From Candidatus Latescibacterota bacterium (GTDB lineage Bacteria; Latescibacterota; UBA2968; GCA-2709665): a DNA stretch of 64,000 bases. The notes below the pieces were generated by a model that was not told the DNA's origin, did no database searches, and saw only the letters and a list, made by a program, of their open reading frames with translations. Location of the stretch: positions 2,720,001-2,784,000 of the forward strand of contig OZ250150.1 of the NCBI GenBank assembly GCA_965237675.1. Reading direction: 5' to 3'. The position numbers and the translations under genes are program-made. Below, one piece after another: positions 41,012 to 51,186 of the stretch (the stretch's first letter is position 1; each line of letters starts with the position of its first letter).

Positions 41012-43396
41012 GTGACGGAGCGTTTGTTCGATTGTGACGGGCGTGGGCTCTGGCTGAAAATCGCTGAATTTCGTAAGCTGACATTGTGGAGGCGAACGGC
41101 TTTGTTGGGAATCCTTTTCGGATGTCTTTTGGTGCTGCTGGACCTCGTGTCCCCCCGGGCGGCTAACGCCCAGGAAGCACCCGTTATTTCCGAGATCAGA
41201 GTCGAGGGTAATCGGGTCACGGAGGCATCACTGGTCCGGTTCTCCTCGGGCCTGGCCGAAGGACAGCGCCTGGTGTTGCCGGATGACCCGCCCCGCGTGA
41301 TTCGCAATCTCCACCGCTTGAATATTTTTTCAGACATCCGGGTCTACGCCGATCCGGACGTGGACGAAGGCGTAGCCGTTGTGATTGTCGTGAAGGAATA
41401 TCCCAAGCTGGACGATGTGCGTTTCGAAGGCAACAAGGCGATCAAATCGAAGAAACTCAAGAAAACACTGGCTTTCATAGAGAGACAGTGGCTTTCACCG
41501 CATGAAGTCAGGCGCGCGGAAAACAAGATCGTGGACTTGTACAAGGAGGATGGGTTTCTCCTTGCCAGCGTCGAAGGGACACAGGGCGAACCGAATGATG
41601 AAGGCCAGGTCATCCTCGTATTCAGAGTGAACGAGGGGCTCAAGGTGAAGCTGCGCCGTATTCGGTTCTTTGGCAATCAGGCGTTCGAGGGCAAGAATCT
41701 GCGAAAGGTGATGAAGCAGACCAAGCAGGTCGGGGGAATTCTGCGCCGGAATGAGTTCGCCGAAGATACCTACCAGGAAGACAGACTGGCGCTGCTGGCC
41801 TTCTACCAGTCGAATGGATATCGCAATGCGGATATTCTGCGCGACAGTCTGTATTACGACGACGCAAAGGCGAATCTTTTTATAGATATGTACCTGGATG
41901 AAGGGCCCCTGTACAAGTTCGGCAAGATTACATGGGAGGGAAACGAACGCGTTAAGGACGCGGGTATCCAAAGGCTGATTGTTGCCAAGGAAGGGGACGT
42001 GTACAGTTCGGAACAGAAGAACAAATCCCAGGAGGACATTCAGAATCTTTACAGTGATATCGGTCATATCACGGCATCCGTCGCCGTTCAGGAGAGATTG
42101 GCCGAGACACCGCACACGATCAACGTGTACTTCGACATTGTGGAGAACAAACCCTGGAAGATCCGGCAGGTTACCATTACGGGCAATACCAAGACAAAGG
42201 ACAACGTGATCCGCCGGGAACTCTGGATTCGTCCGGGCCAGACCTTTCGAAGGTCGGGTATTGAACGCAGTGTCCGGAATATTCAACAGTTGAACTATTT
42301 CGGCAACGTGGTGCCGGAACTGAAACCTGTGGAGGAGTCATCGGAACTGGATGTGATTCTTGCGGTGGAGGAGAAGTCGACCGGCACGGCGTCCGTCGGC
42401 GCGGGCTATAGCCAGTACGACGGCCTGCTCGGGACCATTGCGCTTCAGATTCCGAATTTTATGGGTAATGGACAGCAGCTGGAATTCCAGCTGGAGTTCG
42501 GGGACCGGCGAAGGACCTTCCGGACCGGTTTTACGGAACCCTGGTTGTTCAACACACCCACCAGTTTGTCGGGTCTGCTTTTCCGTGACACCCGACGGTA
42601 TTTCAGTGGGTTCGATCAACTCAGGCAGGGCACGGTGACGACCGTGGGGCGCCGGTTGGCCTGGCCGGACTTTTCAAGGGTTTCAGTCGGGTACCGGATC
42701 GAGCAGGTCAAGTTCCGGAATTTTTCGGAAGATATCGACCGTCCCGAAGACACGTCGTTACGCGACAACGTAACCAGCAGCATGAATCTGAACTTTACGC
42801 GTAACAGCCGGGATCTTCCGGTGTTTGCAACGAGTGGTTCCGTTTTTTCCTACTCGCCGACCTTTGCCGGCGGCCCTCTGGGTGGCAATACGGACTTTCT
42901 TAAACACGATTTCGTGACCAGTTTCTATTTTCCCGTGGCTTGGCGGTTTGCGCTCAACCTGAAGACCACCATCGGTCTCGTGAGGCCTTTCAACGACTCC
43001 CTGGTGCCGTTCAATGAGCGGTATACGCCCGGCGGGGTGAGTATTTTTGAAGGCACCATGGTTCGCGGATATCCGGAGCAATCGTTGGGTCCCCGGATAA
43101 ACGGCGTTCCGGACGGAGGAAACTCGCAGTTGCTGTTCAACCTCGAGATCACCCTGCCCGTTGTCCAACAACAGTTCTACGCCATTGCGTTCGCAGACGC
43201 CGGAAACGCGTGGGAAAGTATCTCGGAAACGAGTCTATTTGACTTGAGGCGGTCGTTGGGTGTCGGGTTTCGTATGATTGCGCCGGTTGTCGGCATTATG
43301 GGATTTGACTTTGCGTGGGGTTTTGACAGGCGGCGCGTAGACGGTCAAAAGCCCCAGATGGTGACGCATTTCCAGTTCGGTCCGCAGTTCTTCTAA
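41012..43396 (+). CDS. bamA: Outer membrane protein assembly factor BamA
   Basis: POTRA repeats, GNTKTKD.VIRRE, VRGY, FADAGNAW, C-terminal F. Confidence 0.95.
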   Translation: MTERLFDCDGRGLWLKIAEFRKLTLWRRTALLGILFGCLLVLLDLVSPRAANAQEAPVISEIRVEGNRVTEASLVRFSSGLAEGQRLVLPDDPPRVIRNLHRLNIFSDIRVYADPDVDEGVAVVIVVKEYPKLDDVRFEGNKAIKSKKLKKTLAFIERQWLSPHEVRRAENKIVDLYKEDGFLLASVEGTQGEPNDEGQVILVFRVNEGLKVKLRRIRFFGNQAFEGKNLRKVMKQTKQVGGILRRNEFAEDTYQEDRLALLAFYQSNGYRNADILRDSLYYDDAKANLFIDMYLDEGPLYKFGKITWEGNERVKDAGIQRLIVAKEGDVYSSEQKNKSQEDIQNLYSDIGHITASVAVQERLAETPHTINVYFDIVENKPWKIRQVTITGNTKTKDNVIRRELWIRPGQTFRRSGIERSVRNIQQLNYFGNVVPELKPVEESSELDVILAVEEKSTGTASVGAGYSQYDGLLGTIALQIPNFMGNGQQLEFQLEFGDRRRTFRTGFTEPWLFNTPTSLSGLLFRDTRRYFSGFDQLRQGTVTTVGRRLAWPDFSRVSVGYRIEQVKFRNFSEDIDRPEDTSLRDNVTSSMNLNFTRNSRDLPVFATSGSVFSYSPTFAGGPLGGNTDFLKHDFVTSFYFPVAWRFALNLKTTIGLVRPFNDSLVPFNERYTPGGVSIFEGTMVRGYPEQSLGPRINGVPDGGNSQLLFNLEITLPVVQQQFYAIAFADAGNAWESISETSLFDLRRSLGVGFRMIAPVVGIMGFDFAWGFDRRRVDGQKPQMVTHFQFGPQFF

Positions 43397-43557
43397 GAAG
43401 TTGTCTTAAAATACCTGGTGCGTCCCGAGCGCGCGCGAAAATGTTTCGGGAAAGGCGGGCAAAGGCGCCCGTATCTGGAGATACGGGTGGATTTGACCAA
43501 CGCAGACCGACGCTTTTGCAGCCGCACGAAGACCGCTGGGGGTTTTAAGACAGCTTC
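43397..43557. mobile_element. MITE family B, copy 2
   Basis: GAAGTTGTCTTAAAA...TTTTAAGACAGCTTC; flanks TAA/CAA; shares GCACGAAGACCGCTGG with copy 1. Confidence 0.7.
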
Positions 43558-43580
43558 CAAACGTTGGAGGGAGATTCAAA

Positions 43581-44147
43581 ATGGACTTGAGACATCGCTT
43601 CCTGGTTTCCGTATGCGGCCTGATGGCGTGTTTCGTGGTGGTGTCCACGGCGTGGGCACAGGCGAAGATCGCCTTTTTCGATCCAAACGAGATTCGGACG
43701 AAATACAAGCCCTTCCAGGAGGCCGAGAGGGAATACAACCAGTATGAAGGCGAACTGCAGAAGGAGCTCAAAAAGCTTGACAACGCATTCAGAAAGAAAC
43801 AGACCACTTTTGAGCGGCAGAAGGTGATGTACATGGAGAATCGCAGGCGTGAAGAGGAGCAGGCCCTGAAAAGGCAAGAGGAGGAATTGCAGCGGTTTCT
43901 CGCCCAGATCACCGATCCGGAGCGGGGTAAGCTGGCGCTCAAACAGCAGGAATTGCTCACGCCATTGCTCAAACGCGTCAACGAGGTGATCGCTCAGGTG
44001 GCCAAAGAGGATGGCTACGACTTCGTGCTCAATGCGACGTCCGTGGTGTATTTCAACGAAGATTACAACCTGACGCAGAGGGTGCTGGACGAGTTGAATA
44101 AAGTTCTGGAAGCTGGTGAGAAACAGCCCGCCGGTCCGGTCCGGTAG
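43581..44147 (+). CDS. skp: OmpH/Skp periplasmic chaperone
   Basis: Signal peptide, KIAF.D, coiled coil, GYDFVL...Y.....NLT..VL; follows bamA. Confidence 0.9.
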   Translation: MDLRHRFLVSVCGLMACFVVVSTAWAQAKIAFFDPNEIRTKYKPFQEAEREYNQYEGELQKELKKLDNAFRKKQTTFERQKVMYMENRRREEEQALKRQEEELQRFLAQITDPERGKLALKQQELLTPLLKRVNEVIAQVAKEDGYDFVLNATSVVYFNEDYNLTQRVLDELNKVLEAGEKQPAGPVR

Positions 44148-44179
44148 CGAATGGCCGGAAGGCGAGAGGAGGGCCGGCA

Positions 44180-44611
44180 GTGTTGGACGTTGAGGCGATC
44201 CAGAAGATCCTGCCGCATCGGTACCCATTTCTGCTGGTGGATCGGATTCTGGAACTGGAGCCGGATCACAGGGCGGTGGGGCTCAAGAACGTCACCGCGA
44301 ACGAACCGTTCTTCGCCGGCCATTTCCCGGGGCGACCCGTGATGCCGGGGGTACTGATTGTGGAAGCACTTGCCCAGACGGCGGGTGTCTTAATGGGAGA
44401 CGAGTCCGGCCTGATACCGATGTTCATGGGAATCGATAAGGCTCGGTTCCGGCGTCCCGTAACACCGGGCGATCAGTTGCGACTGGAGGTGGAGGTGTTG
44501 CGCAGAAGGCGGAATGTGTGGCGCGTGGCCGGCAGGGCATTCGTGGGTGAGCAACTGGCGGCCGAGGCGGAAATGATGGCGGCGCTTGTCGCGCCTAACA
44601 GCACGGGCTGA
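44180..44611 (+). CDS. fabZ: 3-hydroxyacyl-ACP dehydratase FabZ
   Basis: [31 protein letters not shown]. Confidence 0.95.
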   Translation: MLDVEAIQKILPHRYPFLLVDRILELEPDHRAVGLKNVTANEPFFAGHFPGRPVMPGVLIVEALAQTAGVLMGDESGLIPMFMGIDKARFRRPVTPGDQLRLEVEVLRRRRNVWRVAGRAFVGEQLAAEAEMMAALVAPNSTG

Positions 44612-44652
44612 GATCGGCAGCGACGGCGAAGGGACTATTCCTATCTGTTAAC

Positions 44653-44683
44653 CGGCGGCCCGGACGGGCCGCCGATTCTATTT
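44653..44683 (+). terminator. Candidate terminator after fabZ
   Basis: CGGCGGCCCG-GA-CGGGCCGCCG then ATTCTATTT. Confidence 0.5.
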
Positions 44684-45252
44684 CCTGGGTTTCTCCAGAA
44701 AAAGAAAAAGGAAAAACAAATTCAACCTCCACTTTTCCCCAAATTCCCTGCCTCCGGCGGGTTCCTCAAAACCGCGAGACGAAAGACGGGAGAGGTGAGA
44801 AGACCTCTCCGCCACCCACCGGTTTCGCGCCTTCTTTCCTGATCCACTTCTTTTTGCCAGTTGGCCAGACTCCAGTTCCGAAGGTGTCATATGACAAAGT
44901 TACCAACCCTTCTCCCTTCTTCCCTCTTTCTTCTTTCCGCTTTTAAAAGTCGCCGCTCGGCGCGGGGCCGTTCATGTGCATGACGCGAATCTCGACGGTG
45001 GGCGCACCAGATCTTCTGTCCTGGCAGCCCCGCGGCGTTTGAGCGGCGCCGTTCTTTTTGGCCCTTTTTCTTTGGCGAGAAGGAAAAAGGGCGTAAAAGT
45101 AAAAAAATCAATAAATTATTAGAATAATGACCTCAATTTCCTGGCGTGCAACCTATCATTAGGCCTTCCTGGTTTATTCTGCCTCCAGCGGGATTAGCGT
45201 CAGGTTCGTCCGGCGGATCGCGATGTTGCCCGCCGATAGCCCCAAAGGAAGG

Positions 45253-45282
45253 TTGACACGCGGCCTTGACGCACTTTATAAT
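45253..45282 (+). promoter_or_regulatory. Sigma70 promoter upstream of DMFase-like gene
   Basis: TTGACA-N18-TATAAT. Confidence 0.65.
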
Positions 45283-45371
45283 CAGCAATAGATAACCAAT
45301 GGGGACATGAATCGTTAACCATCTGGTACGCAATTTCAGAATCGATACGCTGAACGAGAAAGAGAATTCCT

Positions 45372-46736
45372 ATGAAACGCGAACACATTTTCGCCCACTA
45401 CGAGCAGGACGCGACGCGGTACTGGAAGCTGAGGGAGGGCGGGTACGCCAGCCCCATGAGTGTGTTTCAGGGAGAGGAAATCACATTCCATATATCGAAT
45501 TCCAGATCGTACTACGACGTGTCCGTGTACCATGAAGGAGCGGGGCGGCATCTCGTAAAGGAGGTCCGCAATCTTCGCGGCGGACTTCCTCCGATTCCGG
45601 AATTCGGATACCGCGACGGATTCGACTGGCCCGCGACGGTGGGGTTCCGGGTACCGAACGACTGGAAAAGCGGAGTCTACATCGCCACCTTTCCCACCGC
45701 CCAGGGGATCCGCGAAATCCTGTTCGTGGTTCGTCCCCGCGTTCCCGGCGCGCCGGTCCTTCTCACGATCGAGACCAATACCTATGCCGCCTATAACCCC
45801 GTCGGCGGCAAGAGCCTATTTCATTACCTTTCCACTGATCGGAAGCACAGCGACCTGGTGACGTTCGAGCGGCCTCTGCAGCCGGACATTATGGGTGGGT
45901 TCTACGCCTGGGACCAGTTCATCACCTCCTGGCTCGACGCCGAGGGCTATCCCGTAGACTATTGTGTCAACGGGGACCACGATCGTGAACCGCATATTCT
46001 CGACAGCTATGCCGCACATCTGAGGATCGGCCATGGCGAGTATACCAGCCGCAAAGAATGCGAACAGCTTCAGCGGTTCGTAGCCCGGGGAGGCAACCTG
46101 ATGGTGTTCGCGGGGAATTCATTTTCGCACCTGGTGGAGACCAGGGGCAACGGACGCAAACTCTACTGTGCCAAGACCCGGTACAAAAAGCATCCACTCG
46201 GTACCCCGGAAGATCCGCATACCTCCTTACTGCGTGGGATCGACAATCTGCGCCAGCGTACGATCGGGGTTTCGTATTCGGCGGCCGTCAACGCGAAGAC
46301 CAGGACTCCCGGTGTGTTTAATGCGCCCACAACCGGGGAGTACGGATTTTTCCGCGTGAGCCGCCCCGACCACTGGGCGTTCGAGGGAACCGGGTTGGGG
46401 GAAGGGGACGAGTTTGGTCGCGAGGACTCGATTGTCGGAGTGGAGTGCGACGGCGGCGACATTGCCTTCAGGGATGGGAAACCATACTTCACCGGAAGCG
46501 ACGGAATCAGCCCGCACTACCGGATCATTGCGATCGGAGACGCCGAGGACCACGGATTCAACGCGGACCTCGGCATTCGCTATGACCGGTTCTATGCGAC
46601 TGTCGCGGTAAACGAGACCGAGTTCAAGGGGACCGTCTTCACGGCGGCAACCATGGAATGGTCGCACGGTCTTTACCGGAATGGCGGTCCGGTGGCGCGG
46701 ATCACGCGAAATGTCCTGGACCGTCTGGGCAGGTAG
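45372..46736 (+). CDS. N,N-dimethylformamidase beta-subunit-like (DUF6605) protein
   Basis: W.SGVY, TYAAYN..GGKSL, TFERP, GHGEY, GGNL..FAGN, HWAFEGTGL..GD.FG. Confidence 0.8.
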   Translation: MKREHIFAHYEQDATRYWKLREGGYASPMSVFQGEEITFHISNSRSYYDVSVYHEGAGRHLVKEVRNLRGGLPPIPEFGYRDGFDWPATVGFRVPNDWKSGVYIATFPTAQGIREILFVVRPRVPGAPVLLTIETNTYAAYNPVGGKSLFHYLSTDRKHSDLVTFERPLQPDIMGGFYAWDQFITSWLDAEGYPVDYCVNGDHDREPHILDSYAAHLRIGHGEYTSRKECEQLQRFVARGGNLMVFAGNSFSHLVETRGNGRKLYCAKTRYKKHPLGTPEDPHTSLLRGIDNLRQRTIGVSYSAAVNAKTRTPGVFNAPTTGEYGFFRVSRPDHWAFEGTGLGEGDEFGREDSIVGVECDGGDIAFRDGKPYFTGSDGISPHYRIIAIGDAEDHGFNADLGIRYDRFYATVAVNETEFKGTVFTAATMEWSHGLYRNGGPVARITRNVLDRLGR

Positions 46737-46826
46737 CCGGGTCGGGAAACTCAAGAAGAGATTCCGGTCGGCGTTCCTCTCATTCTCCGCTTGACTTTGT
46801 GCGAGACGGGCTACATGATCCGTCCT

Positions 46827-47984
46827 ATGTCTAATGGCGGCGCGACGTTCGACGTGGTTGTGGCCGGGCTGGGCGCGATGGGCAGCGCGGCGGTCTATCA
46901 TCTGGCAAAACGTGGAACCCGGGTGGCGGGTTTCGACCGGTTTCATCCGCCCCACACCCGCGGTTCGTCCCACGGATACGCGCGGGTGATCCGGGAGGCC
47001 TACGCCAGCGGGCCGGCCTACGTCGATTTGATTCGACGCGCTTACGCGCTGTGGGAAGCGCTGCAAGACGAAAGCGGCACCGAACTGGTTAGGACCTACG
47101 GCCACCTGTCCATGCGGCCTCCGGGCGGGTGCGAACGCCTCGGTGTTCTGGCAAGCGCCGAGGCCTTTGGTATTCCGGTCGAGCGAGTCTCGGCGGAAGA
47201 GGTGCGACGGCGGTATCCCATGTTCCGGGTCGAGGACGGCTGGGAGGGCATCTTCGAGCCCAGGGCGGGCGCCGTCTTCCCGGAGGCGTGCATAGACGCG
47301 CATCTGAGGCTGGCGGAATCCGCGGGGGCGGAACTGAACTTCAATTGCCCGGTATTGGACTGGAAGCCCGACGGAGGCGCGGTTCGGGTGAAATTGCAAT
47401 CGGGCGAAATTTCGGCGGGCAGGCTGGTCGTCTGCGCGGGTGCCTGGGTCTCCCGGCTCGTGGCCGATCTGGAACTCCCTGTCGAAATCGAGCGGATGAC
47501 GCTGTTTTTTTTCCGGCCGGTTCGGAACCCGGGAATGTTTGCGCCTGGGCGCTGTCCGAACAATTCCTGGGTGTGCGAAAACGGTGTTTCGTTCTATTGT
47601 CAGCCGGATTTCGGTGCCGGCTTCAAGGCGGCAATGCACCGCGGCCGCGTCGGGGTAGACCCGGAAACGCTCGCCCGGAACACGTCCCCGGATGACGAGG
47701 CTCAGATTCGTCCACTGGTGGCACGATTCATACCGGACGCGGCGGGCCCTGTGATGGAGAGCCACGTGTGCATGTACACGAATCTTCCGGATTCCAGGTG
47801 GCTGGTGGACTTCCATCCCGGCTACGAGCAGGTGATTATCGCCTCACCGTGTTCCGGACACGGGTTCAAGTTTTCTTCCGCGATTGGTGAGATGCTTGCC
47901 GATATGTGTATGAGCAAAGTGGCTGAAGGGGAGACAGAGTTGTTCGGCATTTCGCCGCTTTTGCCACGAGGACCACGGACATGA
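46827..47984 (+). CDS. solA: N-methyl-L-tryptophan oxidase / monomeric sarcosine oxidase family
   Basis: GLGAMGS, GSSHG..R.IR.AY, CMYT, CSGHGFKF. Confidence 0.88.
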   Translation: MSNGGATFDVVVAGLGAMGSAAVYHLAKRGTRVAGFDRFHPPHTRGSSHGYARVIREAYASGPAYVDLIRRAYALWEALQDESGTELVRTYGHLSMRPPGGCERLGVLASAEAFGIPVERVSAEEVRRRYPMFRVEDGWEGIFEPRAGAVFPEACIDAHLRLAESAGAELNFNCPVLDWKPDGGAVRVKLQSGEISAGRLVVCAGAWVSRLVADLELPVEIERMTLFFFRPVRNPGMFAPGRCPNNSWVCENGVSFYCQPDFGAGFKAAMHRGRVGVDPETLARNTSPDDEAQIRPLVARFIPDAAGPVMESHVCMYTNLPDSRWLVDFHPGYEQVIIASPCSGHGFKFSSAIGEMLADMCMSKVAEGETELFGISPLLPRGPRT

Positions 47985-48952
47985 CGATTCAGGATCACGT
48001 CTCCTGGGCTCATTTCAACGATGAGACGCTGCGGTTTTCACGGGCAATCGGCGCGGACATGATTTGCCTGGATATACGCTCGATGCACAGGGCGGATGCT
48101 TCGATGGATCTGCGCGACGGCCGGGATAGCAGACCGTTTTTTGAATCCGCCAGAAAAAAGGTGGAAGCCCACGGCATGGCGTTGAACAGTATCTTCATGG
48201 CGGGGTGGGATGAACTCACGTTCGGCCTCCACGATCGAGACGATAAGCTCGAGGCGTGGTGCAGGATGTTGCGTTGTATGGGCGAGGTGGGCATTCCCGC
48301 GCTGGGTTACAATTTCAAGCCGATGGGCAATTTCCGTACTGCGTCCACGCCGCCCGGCCGGGGTGGTTCCAATTACAGTACGTTCGATTATCAGGCGTTT
48401 TTCCGGAACAGGCCCGAGCGCCGCGAACCTCCGGTGGGTGAGGCGGAGATCTGGGAGAATATGGCGTATTTTCTGAAAAGGGCGATACCGGCGGCCGAGG
48501 AGGCGGGGGTACGGATGGCGCTGCATCCGGACGACCCGCCCATCCCCGAACCGCTCGGCGGTGTCGCCCAGATTGTGTCCACGCTGGACCATTACCGGCG
48601 GATTTTCTCGGCCGCGCCGGGCGACTGCAACGGGATGTTGTTCTGCCAGGGCTGCGTGACTGAAATGGGCGTGGATGTCTATGAAACCATCCGCGAAATG
48701 GGAATCCGCAACAAGATCGTATTCGTGCATTTCAGAAACGTGCGCGGGACTTTGCCCAGTTTCCAGGAGGTGTTTCTGGATGAGGGCGACGTGAATATGC
48801 ACCGGGCGATGGAGGTCTACAAACAGGTTGGATTTCGCGGGCCGTTCATGATGGACCATACGCCGGGCATCCCCGGAGACGAAAGACAACGGGCAGGGCA
48901 CGCATACGCCGTGGGTTATATCCGGGCGTTGATACAGGCGGTATACGGGTAG
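47981..48952 (+). CDS. Mannonate dehydratase (UxuA)-family protein, paralog 1
   Basis: GYNF, MALHPDDPP, FCQG, VHFRNV, E.F.DEGD, MDHTP. Confidence 0.85.
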   Translation: MTIQDHVSWAHFNDETLRFSRAIGADMICLDIRSMHRADASMDLRDGRDSRPFFESARKKVEAHGMALNSIFMAGWDELTFGLHDRDDKLEAWCRMLRCMGEVGIPALGYNFKPMGNFRTASTPPGRGGSNYSTFDYQAFFRNRPERREPPVGEAEIWENMAYFLKRAIPAAEEAGVRMALHPDDPPIPEPLGGVAQIVSTLDHYRRIFSAAPGDCNGMLFCQGCVTEMGVDVYETIREMGIRNKIVFVHFRNVRGTLPSFQEVFLDEGDVNMHRAMEVYKQVGFRGPFMMDHTPGIPGDERQRAGHAYAVGYIRALIQAVYG

Positions 48953-49045
48953 TTGCGTGTATGCGGTCGCCTGCTCTGATTTGTCCCACGGGGTTGTGAG
49001 ATCCGCCAACTTTTCTCGATGTTTCAAAACGGAGGGATCGCCGAA

Positions 49046-49999
49046 ATGTATATTCAGGAGCAGCTTCCGTGGGATCAGATCAATCACGACACGCTGAGTT
49101 TTTTTCAGGCGATCGGCGTCGATTACGTAACGGTGAACTCAATTCCGCCAGACGTGCGGCAGGGCCGGGACCGCTCGGATTTCTGGAAGGATCTTAAAAA
49201 ACTGACCGAGTCCCACGGGATGAAGCTGACGAATCTGGCAGCGACCGGTTGGGACGAGATTTCCCTGGCGCTTGAGGATCGGGACGAAAAGATCGAGGCG
49301 TGGTGCAGGTTGTTGCGAAGCATGGGCGGGGTCGGCATTCCCACGCTGGGGTATAACTTCAAGCCGGCGGGCAATTTCCGCACGGAGTCCGTTCCGCCCG
49401 GCAGGGGGGGCGCCAGATACAGTACGTTTGACTACGAGAAGTTAATGGAGGATCCGCCGTACTACCCCGATAAGGCCATTTCCGAGGAGAAGATTCTCGA
49501 GAACATCCGATATTTCCTGGAACGCGTTATTCCGGTAGCGGAGGAGAGCGGCGTTCGTATGGCGCTGCATCCCGACGATCCGCCCATACCGGAACCCATG
49601 GCCGGCGCCGCCAGGATCGTGTCGACCCTCGAACAATACCATCACATATTCGATATGGTCCCCAGCCGCAGCAACGCCATGTTGTTCTGTCAGGGCTGCG
49701 TCGCGGAGATGGGCGAGAACGTATGTGACGCCATCCGGGATATCGGACGCCGGGACAAGATTGTATATGTTCATTTCCGTAATATCCGGGGCGGTCCCAG
49801 GAAGTTTCAGGAGGTCTTCGTAGACGAGGGGGATCAGGACATGTACGAGGCCATGCAGACCTATAAAGAAGTGGGTTTCGAGGGGCCGTTCATGATGGAT
49901 CATACACCCGGTTTTCCGAACGCGGATTCCACGGTCTGGGCGGGACGCGCGTTTGCCGTGGGGTATATGCGGGCGTTGATTCAGTCGGTTTATCGATAA
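49046..49999 (+). CDS. Mannonate dehydratase (UxuA)-family protein, paralog 2
   Basis: Same motifs as paralog 1. Confidence 0.85.
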   Translation: MYIQEQLPWDQINHDTLSFFQAIGVDYVTVNSIPPDVRQGRDRSDFWKDLKKLTESHGMKLTNLAATGWDEISLALEDRDEKIEAWCRLLRSMGGVGIPTLGYNFKPAGNFRTESVPPGRGGARYSTFDYEKLMEDPPYYPDKAISEEKILENIRYFLERVIPVAEESGVRMALHPDDPPIPEPMAGAARIVSTLEQYHHIFDMVPSRSNAMLFCQGCVAEMGENVCDAIRDIGRRDKIVYVHFRNIRGGPRKFQEVFVDEGDQDMYEAMQTYKEVGFEGPFMMDHTPGFPNADSTVWAGRAFAVGYMRALIQSVYR

Positions 50000-50102
50000 T
50001 CAACCTGTCTTCGGGACACCCGGACGACAGAACATCCGTCCCGGCGCCACCGGCCGCCGGGGGGTTGGAAGCCGGGCCCTGACGGGCAAACTGGAGGCGA
50101 TT

Positions 50103-51113
50103 ATGGCGAAGCTGGGGAAGCAAGCGAAAACAGAAGAGACCCGGCGGCAGAAAACCGTACGTGTGGCGATGATCGGCGCGGGCGGTCGCGCAACCAGCGC
50201 GCACTATCCCGCTCTCAAGGCACTGAACGGCGTCGAGATGGTGGCCGTGTCGGAACTGAGCGACCAAAGGATGGCCGATGCGGCCGATCGGTTCGGCATT
50301 CAGAGGCAGTATTCGGATTACAGGGAGATGATTGAAAAGGAAAAACCGGATGCGGTTTACGCCATTATGCCGCCCCATCATCTGTACGACATCTCGGCAA
50401 CCGTGATGGAGATGGGTTGCCATCTATTCATCGAAAAACCCCCCGCGATGACGACGGAACAGACCCGGCAGATGGCGCTTCTGGCGCGAAAACACAAGGT
50501 GCTGACCGGCGTGACGTTCCAACGGCGATTTGCGCCGCTGATCCGCTACGGAAAGGAACTCTGCGAGAAGCGGGGGGCCGTTCACAGCGCCGTGGCCACG
50601 TTTTACAAAAACGCCGTGGGTGGCGCGCCGTATTACCGGGGGGCAATCGACATCCTGACGTCCGACGCCATTCACGCGGTGGACACACTCCGCTATCTCT
50701 GTGGCGGAGAGGTGGAATCTGTGGCCAGCGATGTACGGCGGGAGGGCGCCACCCACACCAATATTTACCTGGCGCTGGTGAGGTTCAGTTCCGGGGCAAC
50801 GGGCGTGCTTCTAACCAACTGGATGACGGGGCGTCGCATATTCTCCGTGGAAATCCATTCACCCGGGATTTCGGTATTCGGGGATCCGGAAGAAGGTGGG
50901 CGGGTGTACGCGGACAATAAGGACGAACCCATAGAAGTGCTCGATCCGTTCCGGCTCGGTGGTGGTGATGACGCCTGGCGTGCTTTCGGTGCGTACGATA
51001 CCAACCGACACTTTATCGATTGTATCAGAGACGGGAAACAGCCGGAGACATGTCTGGAGGATGCGGTAAAGACAATGGACCTTGTGGACCGGATTTATCA
51101 GTCACAGATTTAG
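50103..51113 (+). CDS. Gfo/Idh/MocA oxidoreductase
   Basis: IGAGG, EKP, FQRRF, D.IH.VD. Confidence 0.88.
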   Translation: MAKLGKQAKTEETRRQKTVRVAMIGAGGRATSAHYPALKALNGVEMVAVSELSDQRMADAADRFGIQRQYSDYREMIEKEKPDAVYAIMPPHHLYDISATVMEMGCHLFIEKPPAMTTEQTRQMALLARKHKVLTGVTFQRRFAPLIRYGKELCEKRGAVHSAVATFYKNAVGGAPYYRGAIDILTSDAIHAVDTLRYLCGGEVESVASDVRREGATHTNIYLALVRFSSGATGVLLTNWMTGRRIFSVEIHSPGISVFGDPEEGGRVYADNKDEPIEVLDPFRLGGGDDAWRAFGAYDTNRHFIDCIRDGKQPETCLEDAVKTMDLVDRIYQSQI

Positions 51114-51186
51114 GCGGACGGAGCCAACCAGCCGGTCGTAGGGGTTATTTGCACCGGACCGGCGCTTGCTGACGGAGAGAGATGAG

